Shown here: positions 27,487 through 36,707 of the stretch, piece by piece | Layout: every line of letters begins with the position of its first letter | Position numbering within the stretch: position 1 is the first letter of the stretch | Origin: a virus | Reading direction: 5' to 3' (one strand) | IMG/VR virus record: IMGVR_UViG_3300046804_003540 | Coordinates: 8,014-72,013 of that record | DNA length: 64,000 bases | Translations under genes and position numbers: made by a program | Notes under the pieces: model-generated | The model's input: the letters and a program-made list of their open reading frames with translations, nothing else | What the model was told of the DNA's origin: nothing | Databases searched by the model: none

Positions 27487-28698
27487 ATGTTTTCCTTAGA
27501 ACAATTTTATCACATATTATATATTAATTTACTAAAGCCTGCAAATATTCTTCCGTTGTATTTTTCTAAATTTGGCTCAACTGATTGGCAAGATTTACAA
27601 CCTGTTGAAATGAACGAATATAAAACGGTAATGAAAACAAGATATAGTCATTGGATTGATGAACAAAAGGTATTAAATCACGGTTGTACTTTTTGGGACC
27701 AAGAACCATTTTTGCAACATAGTTTCGATAAATTATTTTCCGACGGAAATTTTTCTATTACTACAAAAAGACTATGCATGTGGGCTATTAGTGAAAAATC
27801 AATATTAGTAGATGATATTTGTAATACTTATGATTTAAAACACTGGTACTATTTTTTCCATGGTTTCGCAGCACTAGACTGGTATAGAGATTATCAATAT
27901 TATCCCAATTTGAATATTCAGCCTAGTAAAGTTTTTATGTCATTGAATAGATTATACAGCAGTGATAGAAGTTACAGGTTAACATTGGTCTCGCATTTTC
28001 TTAAAGAAAATTTAATTGATAAAGGGTTAGTAAGTTTATATTTAATTGATAAATCTCAAAAAACTTGGCAAGAAGAACTTAAAGATCCCTATACTAAATT
28101 AAGTGAGTCCTCTAAAGAACTCATAAACACTCACATAAAAAATATTAACGGATCTTTAACAGTAGATAAACAACATCCGCAGGGTAATTTAAGTGCTTAT
28201 TCAGGCTACATGGATATGAAACTTCAACAAAGCGTATATTGGCATGTAGTAAGTGAAACAGTTTTTTACTATCCTAAATTACATTTAACTGAAAAAATTT
28301 TTAAACCTATTGTTAACAGAAGGCCATTTATTTTAGTCGGAGCTCCAGGCAATCTTGCTTATTTAAAAAGTTATGGATTTAAAACTTTTGATAATTGGAT
28401 AGATGAAAGTTATGATAAAGAAACTGATCCCGACTTAAGAATCAAAATGGTAGTCGATCAAGTTAAAAAATTATCTATGCTTTCGACCAGTCAACTTAAT
28501 AAAATGCACGAAGAAATAAAAGAGATAACTGAGTATAATTTTAAACATTTTTTTGGAAATTTCAAAGTTATTATTGTAGACGAGTTAATAAAAAACTTAA
28601 ATAAAATTTTAACAACATGGAATTATCAGCATCCATCTAATCCTATTAGACTAGATCAAATTAATTTTAAAAATATCAAAGATAGATTAAACAGTTAA
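27487..28698 (+). CDS. Glycosyltransferase-like protein
   Basis: VVSET…LTEKIFKPI…PFILVG…LKSYGFKTF…DESYD block; very AT-rich. Confidence 0.65.
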   Translation: MFSLEQFYHILYINLLKPANILPLYFSKFGSTDWQDLQPVEMNEYKTVMKTRYSHWIDEQKVLNHGCTFWDQEPFLQHSFDKLFSDGNFSITTKRLCMWAISEKSILVDDICNTYDLKHWYYFFHGFAALDWYRDYQYYPNLNIQPSKVFMSLNRLYSSDRSYRLTLVSHFLKENLIDKGLVSLYLIDKSQKTWQEELKDPYTKLSESSKELINTHIKNINGSLTVDKQHPQGNLSAYSGYMDMKLQQSVYWHVVSETVFYYPKLHLTEKIFKPIVNRRPFILVGAPGNLAYLKSYGFKTFDNWIDESYDKETDPDLRIKMVVDQVKKLSMLSTSQLNKMHEEIKEITEYNFKHFFGNFKVIIVDELIKNLNKILTTWNYQHPSNPIRLDQINFKNIKDRLNS

Positions 28699-28841
28699 AT
28701 TCTTTCCCTATAATGTAAATATGCCAAAAGTATCCCCATGGCTAAAAGCCAGCAAGAGAAAAATATTGCCCATACCAATCCTAATGCTTTTTTAAGACCT
28801 AAATCTAATAACCATTCAAACAATGTCTTCCTAGGTTCCAT
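28695..28841 (-). CDS. Small membrane protein
   Basis: One TM helix. Confidence 0.55.
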   Translation of the reverse strand: MEPRKTLFEWLLDLGLKKALGLVWAIFFSCWLLAMGILLAYLHYRERI

Positions 28842-28842
28842 T

Positions 28843-29607
28843 TCATCTTCCAGTATACCTGTACCCGCCGGACTCAATTTTTCTTTGTTTTTCAGTTTTG
28901 GGTACCCACTCATCACCAAGATGAGGATATTTTTGTGCTCTGTCATTTACCAGCCAAGCAAACATACATCCAACTGTAATAAGGGCAATCAGTAGCATTA
29001 CACCCCATATAGCATTTTCTCTTATATGTTTCATTCTTCGGCGTCTTCTTGCTCTATCTCTGGCTTCAATTTCCATTTTCTTGTGAACAGCAATTTCTTG
29101 TTCAGCACTGATTCTCTCCATCATTTCTGAAACTTCAGTATACAGTGCTCCTAGTTCTGGTGGACTTTGATAGACCATTACTTCACGCAGTTCCACAGAC
29201 ATTGCTTCTAGTTTTTTACGCATAAGAACTCGTTGCAGTGCTCGCTTGCCTACACTGACACTGCCATCATATAATTCTTCTGCATGCTTTTCTTCAGCTA
29301 TAAAAATTGCTTTGCATTTTGCGTAGTTTTCATAGTACGCACCTAACTGTTCTCCCAGCTCAGCGTAAACATCATCTGCATTCTTTTCACCTAGTTCTCT
29401 TATCCTTTGCTTTTCTTCGTTGAATTGTTTAACTGCGGCCTTAGGTGCTACACCGCCAGGATACTTTTTAAAGAACTGTTCATCTAGATCTTTTATGACG
29501 CCTTTTACATCGCCAGCAACACCTTTTATTTCTTTATAAAGGGCGCAACCTTGCTTGACTGCTTTAACAGCCCCACTAGCCAGCGCGAATAATGTAAACG
29601 GATCCAT
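28843..29607 (-). CDS. Coiled-coil protein with C-terminal TM helix
   Basis: MDPFTLFA start, helical body, TM near the C-terminus. Confidence 0.75.
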   Translation of the reverse strand: MDPFTLFALASGAVKAVKQGCALYKEIKGVAGDVKGVIKDLDEQFFKKYPGGVAPKAAVKQFNEEKQRIRELGEKNADDVYAELGEQLGAYYENYAKCKAIFIAEEKHAEELYDGSVSVGKRALQRVLMRKKLEAMSVELREVMVYQSPPELGALYTEVSEMMERISAEQEIAVHKKMEIEARDRARRRRRMKHIRENAIWGVMLLIALITVGCMFAWLVNDRAQKYPHLGDEWVPKTEKQRKIESGGYRYTGR

Positions 29608-29680
29608 ACTATAACAACAATAACCGCCAGGAGGGCGGTTATATTACTTATAGAATGGTGGTAATTATTTTTATGGTAAT

Positions 29681-29708
29681 AAAAAAGCCCGATAAATACC
29701 GGGCTTTT
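29681..29708. terminator. Intrinsic terminator
   Basis: AAAAGCCCG…CGGGCTTTT. Confidence 0.7.
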
Positions 29709-29726
29709 GTCCTCTGAAAATTAAAT

Positions 29727-30221
29727 TTAAATTTCAGGCATTGGGGGTTGTGGTACAGGACTTGTAGCACTTAGGCCTGTAGCTGGGGGCATAGCCGTTG
29801 CAGCTGCAAAACCGCCTGCTGCACCAAACGCCGCGCCAGTTGCAGGAGCAGCGAAACTTGCGCCACCACCGAAGCCAGAAGGTTTACTGGCAGGACTGAA
29901 TGACGAGGGAGGGGCTGGGGGAGGAGCACTTTTACTAGCTGCATCTAAAGCTTTGGCTCTAAGATCTTTGTCATCACCTGCTAACATAATACCCGACAGT
30001 GTACCAGTTAGGAATGTAGCGATAGGAATAATAAGTTCAAAAAACTTATTGTCTACAGGACTCATACCGTTCATAGGCTGTGTTACAAATATCAAACTGT
30101 AGAGAACTACAAACACAATGCCAAATAGTGTTAGGCCCAATACAATACCAATAAAGAATTTTAATCTTGCATTTAGTTCTTCTGTTGTGTATTTTTCATC
30201 TGAGAAAAGACTCTTAATCAT
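29727..30221 (-). CDS. Two-TM membrane protein with a Pro/Gly/Ala-rich tail
   Basis: Two hydrophobic helices. Confidence 0.75.
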   Translation of the reverse strand: MIKSLFSDEKYTTEELNARLKFFIGIVLGLTLFGIVFVVLYSLIFVTQPMNGMSPVDNKFFELIIPIATFLTGTLSGIMLAGDDKDLRAKALDAASKSAPPPAPPSSFSPASKPSGFGGGASFAAPATGAAFGAAGGFAAATAMPPATGLSATSPVPQPPMPEI

Positions 30222-30460
30222 TTACATGCTCCTGCGTTAGTTGATTGTTGTGGTGCGGGTGCGCTAATAGGTGCCCCGGTTTTTCCTTTTTCGTAATGTG
30301 TTAGATCTTCCGGACAAGTTCCGTTGGCACTACAATAGGGTTTTTGACACTGTTTTGTATTCCAATTATCGGGATCTTGGCAAGGATATCTGTAACGCTC
30401 TTCGCAGCCTGTAAGCAGTAAAAATACTGGTATTGCTGCCAAAGCCCATTTGAATTTCAT
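30218..30460 (-). CDS. Cys-rich lipoprotein
   Basis: Lipobox LLTGC; RYPCQDP..W…C..PYC…G.CPEDL. Confidence 0.8.
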   Translation of the reverse strand: MKFKWALAAIPVFLLLTGCEERYRYPCQDPDNWNTKQCQKPYCSANGTCPEDLTHYEKGKTGAPISAPAPQQSTNAGACK

Positions 30461-30503
30461 ACTAGCTCCTTATAGAATTATGCTAGTATTTACCAAAAAC
30501 TGC

Positions 30504-30653
30504 TTATTTGGCGGTATGGGGTTCAGGTGCTTTCTTTTGTTGTGGAGCAGATTCTTTGAACTTGTCCCATGCTTGTTTAGTAATTGGACCGGGTGTCCTG
30601 TGAGGCACAGGTTTTCTTCTTTTGGGCTGTGGCTTGTGTGAAAACCAACTCAT
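30504..30653 (-). CDS. Small basic hypothetical protein (MSWFSHKP…)
   Basis: Hand-translated 49-aa ORF after a TAAATA motif. Confidence 0.5.
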   Translation of the reverse strand: MSWFSHKPQPKRRKPVPHRTPGPITKQAWDKFKESAPQQKKAPEPHTAK

Positions 30654-30689
30654 AAAAAATCCCCTTGAAGTATTTAAGGGGATTGTGTA

Positions 30690-31001
30690 TTAATTTTCAG
30701 ATGTTTTAATTCTACTAATTATTTCTTCGTAGAAAGTATCTAAATTACCGTTGAATTTACCTAAAAGATGCTCTACTGCATCTAAACAAAATTTATAATT
30801 TTTGTTATTATATTCTGCAATAAAGTTGCTGTGTAGTTGTTTACTAGCCTCAAGCGTCCCTAGTTCGCTAATGGGTATATATTCAACTACACAATATGCT
30901 GTTATGGGAGAACCGTCGGATTTGGCAAAAGTTTCTAATTCCAATACTGTATAAGTGTCTTTAATTTTTTCTGCTATTTCTTTACCAAGTATTATGTTCA
31001 T
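30690..31001 (-). CDS. Hypothetical protein
   Basis: YTVLELET…AYCVVE…LDTFY. Confidence 0.75.
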   Translation of the reverse strand: MNIILGKEIAEKIKDTYTVLELETFAKSDGSPITAYCVVEYIPISELGTLEASKQLHSNFIAEYNNKNYKFCLDAVEHLLGKFNGNLDTFYEEIISRIKTSEN

Positions 31002-31425
31002 ATTCTGTAACCTCGTCGATAGCGTGATAAATCTGTTCTAAGTTCATATTATGGTCAAGATAACCTTCAGTTACTGTTTTTAAATAATGTTCACTGGGCA
31101 AGCTGGACTTATAAAAATCCGTCATATAATAAATCATAGCTTTAATTGGTTTGCTTTGATAAAACACTGTGACTTCTTTTTTGCCATAAAAGTCTGGATA
31201 GCCTTCTAAACGATCCAAGGCAGCTTCACATCTATCAGTTATAGTCCATAGTACACAGTCCATGCTATCACCTTCACTGACAACTGCATCGCAGAATAAC
31301 TTAAACGCTAACTTGTGATCTTTTAGTTTTACTGGGCCTAAACTTTTAGCCGCAGGACATCGCAGTGCCATTTGAGCCAAGTTAGTGTTCATACCATAAG
31401 CAAGGTAATATCGTCTAGTGATCAT
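30982..31425 (-). CDS. Gamma-glutamylcyclotransferase family protein
   Basis: YLAYGMN…QM..RCP, LDRLEGYP..Y. Confidence 0.88.
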   Translation of the reverse strand: MITRRYYLAYGMNTNLAQMALRCPAAKSLGPVKLKDHKLAFKLFCDAVVSEGDSMDCVLWTITDRCEAALDRLEGYPDFYGKKEVTVFYQSKPIKAMIYYMTDFYKSSLPSEHYLKTVTEGYLDHNMNLEQIYHAIDEVTEYEHNTW

Positions 31426-31952
31426 AGTTCTGTGAGGTTATATCGTTTTACTGCTGACTGAATTGCCTGTGCTTGACTGACGCAGTCTGCTAGGGCGTTG
31501 TGTAACATAGCACCAGGTTTTCTTGTGTCGCCCAAGGCCTTTAATAGTGTTCTACTGTCACGGATAACATAGTAGGGCCATGGCGCGGGCTTTTGTAGTT
31601 GCCTATATAAGTTTTCAAGAATAACAATATCAAATACAGGACCTTGTGCCCAAATTCTGTCTGCACCTACTACAAATCGATTTAGTTCTCGAGTAAATTC
31701 TTCTAAGCTGACACGGTCATGCTCACCCAATGCTTCTTCACGAACTTCCGCATTTTGTTGCCCCCACCATGCTACAGTGCCTTCGTCCACATTCCTGCCT
31801 AAGGCAATTTGCTCATCTACATTGATGCGAAAATAAAGTCCACTGTCTAGTTCTCGGTGATCATCAAAAGGATTGAATTTAACAGCACCAAAGGTCAATA
31901 CTACACTGTCTGGGCTAGTAGCCAGTGTTTCCAAATCCAGCATGATGTCCAT
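31422..31952 (-). CDS. DEDDh 3'-5' exonuclease (Rv2179c-like)
   Basis: MLDLETL, WAQG..FD, RDSRT, HNALAD. Confidence 0.88.
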   Translation of the reverse strand: MDIMLDLETLATSPDSVVLTFGAVKFNPFDDHRELDSGLYFRINVDEQIALGRNVDEGTVAWWGQQNAEVREEALGEHDRVSLEEFTRELNRFVVGADRIWAQGPVFDIVILENLYRQLQKPAPWPYYVIRDSRTLLKALGDTRKPGAMLHNALADCVSQAQAIQSAVKRYNLTEL

Positions 31953-32266
31953 TATGCACTGGGCTCCAATTTAACTACCAAGGGAAAACCATTGTTGCGA
32001 GCCAACATGGTTACTTCGATACCTTTTTGTTCGGCCATTTCAAATGGCAGTGTTGCTACCACTGCACTGCCTTCAAGGTGAACCTTCATAGTCATATCTT
32101 CAGCTGCTTCTTCAGTGTATTCAAAATAGATCAACAGTGTCTGTACTACAAATTCCTGTGTAGTAACTTCATCGTTAATGTAGATAACATTCCAAGGAGG
32201 AGGTTCTTTAATATCCTCACGAGGTTTAATTTTGATTGTGGTTTTTTCTTGTGTGTCTGTGGCCAT
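31952..32266 (-). CDS. clpS: ATP-dependent Clp protease adaptor ClpS
   Basis: EPP.WNVIYINDEVTTQEFV, M.VH.EG.A, AEQK, FPL. Confidence 0.92.
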   Translation of the reverse strand: MATDTQEKTTIKIKPREDIKEPPPWNVIYINDEVTTQEFVVQTLLIYFEYTEEAAEDMTMKVHLEGSAVVATLPFEMAEQKGIEVTMLARNNGFPLVVKLEPSA

Positions 32267-32316
32267 AATAAAACAAAAAGGGGAGTTGAACTCCCCTCTA
32301 TTATAACATCTTCACA

Positions 32317-32763
32317 TTATTTTGTGTAGACAATTTGGATTTTCTTTGGCTTATTTTCTTCCGGAACCATCTGTTCCAGTGCAATAGCCAAAATACCGTT
32401 CTGCACTGTGGCTGCTCGAACTTCTACATTGTCTGCTAATGTAAAGTTGCGTTCAAAACCTCGTGTGCTGATGCCCTTATGAACATATTCAGTTTCTTGT
32501 TCTTTTTTGGCTTTGGTGCCTTTAACAATCAAACTGTTTTCTTTTAGCTCAACATCGATTTCTTCCTCACCAAAACCTGCCACAGCAATTTCGATAACAT
32601 AGTGAGTGTCATCCAATTTTGCAATGTTGTAGGGAGGATAGTTGTCGTTTGTGCGACTGTTGGCAAAAGTCCTATTCATTTCATCAAACAGTCGGTTAAA
32701 ACCAATTGCGTGACGAGCAAAAGTAGGAATGTCAAGGGTACGGATTTCAAAAGTGTTTGTCAT
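32317..32763 (-). CDS. Small heat shock protein (Hsp20/IbpA-like)
   Basis: IGFNRLF, NYPPYNI, EIAVAGF, HKGIS.R.F, NGIL. Confidence 0.95.
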   Translation of the reverse strand: MTNTFEIRTLDIPTFARHAIGFNRLFDEMNRTFANSRTNDNYPPYNIAKLDDTHYVIEIAVAGFGEEEIDVELKENSLIVKGTKAKKEQETEYVHKGISTRGFERNFTLADNVEVRAATVQNGILAIALEQMVPEENKPKKIQIVYTK

Positions 32764-32830
32764 AGTATTTCTCCTTTATAAGCAAGTTATGACTTGTAGA
32801 CCCCAACCAGGCATCTACACAAGTATTTAT
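32764..32830 (-). promoter_or_regulatory. ROSE-like 5' UTR of hsp20
   Basis: TTGCT just upstream of AAGGAG; upstream GTAGATGCC…GGGTCTAC stem. Confidence 0.55.
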
Positions 32831-32846
32831 TATAGTTTTATCTAAA

Positions 32847-33131
32847 TTAATTGTCAATTGATTTGGGAGGCTCCATGGGCTCTACAAATCTATATTTTAT
32901 GATATAACTTTTAAGTTGGTGATCAGTTTGGGGATTCCAAGTCAATGCAAAAAAGTCATAATATTTTGGATCAGCAAAAGTTACTCTAAGTGTATATCTA
33001 ACTGATTTTACACCTAGAAATTCTATGCCGTAACGCTTACTCCATATAGCTAACTGATTTTTAATACCTGATGCTGTATAAGCTGCCGCCATACCGCCTG
33101 CACCTGTTGGCAAGCTGAACTCTATGTACAT
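32847..33131 (-). CDS. Hypothetical protein
   Basis: MYIEFSLP.GAGG…FFALTWNP. Confidence 0.7.
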   Translation of the reverse strand: MYIEFSLPTGAGGMAAAYTASGIKNQLAIWSKRYGIEFLGVKSVRYTLRVTFADPKYYDFFALTWNPQTDHQLKSYIIKYRFVEPMEPPKSIDN

Positions 33132-33373
33132 TAGTACAATCTTTTAGGTAAACTTTGACTTTCAAGTTTTTTACGCCAACGGTTTTTTGCGGCTCCAGCT
33201 GCTCGCTTTTTGGCGGTTGTGGGTTTTTCGTAGAATTCTCTTTCTTTAAGATTCTGTAACAGTCTACTTTCTGCTACTTTTTTCTTGAACTTGCGTAGTG
33301 CTTTATCCAGTGTGTCAGTATCTTTGACAATAACAGCTATTCCACGCAGATGTGGCCTTTTTTCATAACTCAT
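33131..33373 (-). CDS. rpsU: Ribosomal protein bS21
   Basis: LDKALRKFKKKV…LKEREFYEKPT..KKR. Confidence 0.9.
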   Translation of the reverse strand: MSYEKRPHLRGIAVIVKDTDTLDKALRKFKKKVAESRLLQNLKEREFYEKPTTAKKRAAGAAKNRWRKKLESQSLPKRLY

Positions 33374-33635
33374 TGTAAATCCTTTGTAAGATTTCCACTG
33401 GCGTTTGATTAGGATAATCTCTGCAATTATATCGTTTGACACATCTATGTTTCATGCCTTCTTCCCATATGGGATCATTCATGCTGGCATCATAAAGATA
33501 AAAGTCAAAGTCTTTATCCATGGGCCAAGTTTCAAATGCTGCAACAATTTCAGCATCAGTCCACTTACAATTAAAAATCCAGATTTTCTTTAGTTCACTG
33601 TCTACTTCTAAATCTGGTGGCGTATAAATGTGCAT
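33363..33635 (-). CDS. Hypothetical protein
   Basis: GAGG RBS; YTPPD start. Confidence 0.65.
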   Translation of the reverse strand: MHIYTPPDLEVDSELKKIWIFNCKWTDAEIVAAFETWPMDKDFDFYLYDASMNDPIWEEGMKHRCVKRYNCRDYPNQTPVEILQRIYNEL

Positions 33636-33636
33636 G

Positions 33637-34419
33637 TTATCCTCGTTTTGCAGTGATCAGCAAATGCCAACCCAGTGCTCGTTCTAGTATCTTAAACAGC
33701 TCGGGAGGCATGGCTGCGAACCAAGGTTGTTTAACATATTCATATTTAACATAATGTTCAATGTTCCATGGGAAAATAAAGTCCTGTTCAACATGAACAT
33801 TGTCAAATTCTCTAAATAGTTCTCTAGCTTCTTGTTTTGTATAAGTGATTGCTTGGGGACAATTATCCTGTGCTTCAGGCTGATCCCATCCTGCATCAAT
33901 AAGGATATTTTTCCAACTGTTCTTAGCATAAATCATAGCACGAACTTCGCCGCCATCGGCCAATAGTTTAGGGAAATTTGCAACTACAATTTCGGGTCTG
34001 GGAGCATGATGAATAACTCCAAAACTGTAGATTAAATCAAATTTTTCATGTGGATCAAACTTAGTTACGAGTTCTTCGGCATTGGCTTCAAATATTTCGC
34101 CTTTAAGTCCAAACACATCAAGTCTCTTTTTTGCAAGTTTTACACTTTCACCACTTAGATCCACGCCAGTGTAAATTGCGCCTGCCCTAGCAAAATTAAC
34201 CGCATCAGTGCCGATTCCGCAGCCAACTTCTAATACTCGTTTACCCTTCCAGCGGTCGAACTGGGGGAAGGTATAGTTGTGCGGTTCGTTGGCATATCGA
34301 CGAGCTTCTACTTCGTCAAAGTATTCTTTAGTACCCACAGGACTGCGGCTGTGCCGGATATTACAGGGCCTGTTATTCCAGTAAGTCCTAATTTGTTCTA
34401 ATAATTCACTGTTGCTCAT
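33637..34419 (-). CDS. Class I SAM-dependent methyltransferase
   Basis: VLEVGCGIGTD, GVDLS, FDLIYSFGVIHH. Confidence 0.9.
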   Translation of the reverse strand: MSNSELLEQIRTYWNNRPCNIRHSRSPVGTKEYFDEVEARRYANEPHNYTFPQFDRWKGKRVLEVGCGIGTDAVNFARAGAIYTGVDLSGESVKLAKKRLDVFGLKGEIFEANAEELVTKFDPHEKFDLIYSFGVIHHAPRPEIVVANFPKLLADGGEVRAMIYAKNSWKNILIDAGWDQPEAQDNCPQAITYTKQEARELFREFDNVHVEQDFIFPWNIEHYVKYEYVKQPWFAAMPPELFKILERALGWHLLITAKRG

Positions 34420-35125
34420 TCTTTACCCTATTGTATAATTTTTGTACCCATTCGCGAAGTTCTTGTTGTCTGTCGGGATGTGCGTAATCTTCGGGATTAC
34501 TAGGATCTTTGCCGTCTGCAGCATAACTTTGTTCACGAAAGGTTTCGTCGTTGTTACCGCCAGTTACATCTGCTCTATCATGATATACTTCAACTGGAAT
34601 ATTTTCTAGTCTGCCTACCGGCACTGTAACATTGTAGATCCACCAGTCACTGTGATTAACAGGACTGACACGACCAAAAAAGTCTACCCATTCGCGAGGA
34701 ATAATAGGAAACAGTGCAAAGGGATGATTCATTGTGACACAGGGCATACGCAGTAGTCCGAACCAACCATCATGTTTGACAATTTCATCGTCCCAGTTTT
34801 CTGTCAGCATCAGTGCGTCATCGTTCCAGAACATGATCCAGTCGCCTGTGGCCTGTTCGGCCAAGAAGTTTACATATTTGTAAAGACGCAGATATCCAAA
34901 TCGCTCAGTCTCAAATACTTTACTAGTGGCGTCGGATTGTCCAATAAAAGGAAACCAAGTTTCATTAAAGAACTGTTGACTTTCTTCATCGTCGTTGTCG
35001 TAGGCAATTAAGATTTCAATTCTGCTGGTGTCACGAGCACTGGCTAATAAACTGCCTATGCTTTTGACAACTGCTTCTGTTCTTTTGCGTGTGGGTAATA
35101 ATATAGATATTTTAGGTTTGGTCAT
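34406..35125 (-). CDS. GT-A (family 2-like) glycosyltransferase
   Basis: ISILLPTR, YDNDD, WNDD. Confidence 0.85.
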   Translation of the reverse strand: MTKPKISILLPTRKRTEAVVKSIGSLLASARDTSRIEILIAYDNDDEESQQFFNETWFPFIGQSDATSKVFETERFGYLRLYKYVNFLAEQATGDWIMFWNDDALMLTENWDDEIVKHDGWFGLLRMPCVTMNHPFALFPIIPREWVDFFGRVSPVNHSDWWIYNVTVPVGRLENIPVEVYHDRADVTGGNNDETFREQSYAADGKDPSNPEDYAHPDRQQELREWVQKLYNRVKNEQQ

Positions 35126-36686
35126 TTTGTTGAATCTTGAGTTCTTCAGCTACCAGTTCTTGCTCGGTAGCACTTAATTGATCAATGTCATATTCACCAG
35201 TTTTCAATTTTTCGATTAGGAATAAAATGTATTGACGGTCGTAAGTATAGCTGTCTGTGCGTTCTTTGTCAACTTCAATCCATTTGGTGCCATTGTACTT
35301 AAACAATTTATTAGGCGTATAGTCAACTCGCAAAAACATTTCGCCTTTTTCCGCAGTGTTAGGGAAAGTTAAGCCAAAGCTGCTTTTTACTGCACGGCCG
35401 TCTACATTGTCTGCTTGTAATTTTAACCCTGCGGCAAGTTGAGGAAACGCTGACTGAAACACAGCCTTGTGCATTTTCTTGCCGTCAACTTCTACATAAT
35501 CACCAATGGTCTTAATAGACTGTTCTGGTTCCTGTGCAGATAAGTAATCACCAGGTCTATCTATAACATCAACGCCTACTGCTAAAATTTGTTTATCCTC
35601 TTTTGTTACTAATCGTTCATCGTCGTAGGCATGCACTACTTCATCTGTGCTTATTGTAGTATTGGCGTCTTCCTTGTAAACCATTGGCTGAAGATTAGCA
35701 AAGTGTACAAATGGCTTTGTAAGATAAGGATGCTGTTCCAGTAAAGATTTTTCGGGTTCTACTTCGTATGTTTGTTCACCACGGCTGGTGTCATTTTCCT
35801 CCCGAAACATCCAACCCGGTGGATGTGGGTCAGGCTTGGCAGATTCTTCAGCGGTTTGTTTTATTTGGTCAATCTGTTGGGCAGTAAGCGGACCATTGTC
35901 TGGTTCATAGGCAGGCTTAGATTGTTTTTCTTCTCGTGCCCAACGCAGGCTTTGTTGTGCGGCCAGAATCAATACTAAAGCTAATGGGTCAAAGACCGCA
36001 ACAATAATGATGATAACCCAGCGTACTGCTCGCTCTAAGATGTTTGCGTCAGGGTTATCACCGTAGATCAGCGCCGCAATGTATTTGATCGGACCGACTT
36101 CAGCTTCGACCTTTCTAACTTCGGCGGCAAGAGGCGCACGGGCATCGTTAAGTTCCGCAATAAGCTTCTGCGACTGTAGTATTTCAGCTTGAAGTCTAGT
36201 ACGCTCTTTCTGCTGGGACCTTCTAAGATTAACAGCTTTGTCGGCACCTTTTTCATCTGTTGAGCGGCCCAGTACTTGGTCCACTCCCTCATCCATCTGT
36301 TTAAGTGCTCGACGGTTCGCTTCAATATTTTCCTTTTCGGTCTTGATCTTTTCATCATATATTGCTACCTTGGCTGTGCTGTCACCTGATACCAAACTTT
36401 GGTCGCTGTGTGCTTTACTGAGATAACCAAAGATACCCATGCTGGTCAGCAACATTAAAAATGCCACTGCTGGGACCAAATACAGTTTGTAAGTAATGCT
36501 GGCACGAGCCCAGTACATCTTTAGCCATACAGCCGCAGTGACTTTGCCTACTTCAAGGGCCGCGCCCATAATAATAATAGGAATAACTGCGGCACTGAAG
36601 ATTGCGGTAAGACCAACAATGCTATAGTAAGCAGCAACTGCACTGATAGTAATTGCCACCAGTAAAGTGAATAAACCAAATATCAT
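35112..36686 (-). CDS. Multi-TM coiled-coil membrane protein
   Basis: Three N-terminal TM helices, coiled coil, EVGPIKYIA, VFDPLA TM. Confidence 0.8.
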   Translation of the reverse strand: MIFGLFTLLVAITISAVAAYYSIVGLTAIFSAAVIPIIIMGAALEVGKVTAAVWLKMYWARASITYKLYLVPAVAFLMLLTSMGIFGYLSKAHSDQSLVSGDSTAKVAIYDEKIKTEKENIEANRRALKQMDEGVDQVLGRSTDEKGADKAVNLRRSQQKERTRLQAEILQSQKLIAELNDARAPLAAEVRKVEAEVGPIKYIAALIYGDNPDANILERAVRWVIIIIVAVFDPLALVLILAAQQSLRWAREEKQSKPAYEPDNGPLTAQQIDQIKQTAEESAKPDPHPPGWMFREENDTSRGEQTYEVEPEKSLLEQHPYLTKPFVHFANLQPMVYKEDANTTISTDEVVHAYDDERLVTKEDKQILAVGVDVIDRPGDYLSAQEPEQSIKTIGDYVEVDGKKMHKAVFQSAFPQLAAGLKLQADNVDGRAVKSSFGLTFPNTAEKGEMFLRVDYTPNKLFKYNGTKWIEVDKERTDSYTYDRQYILFLIEKLKTGEYDIDQLSATEQELVAEELKIQQNDQT

Positions 36687-36707
36687 AGATATATTTATTG
36701 CATATAG

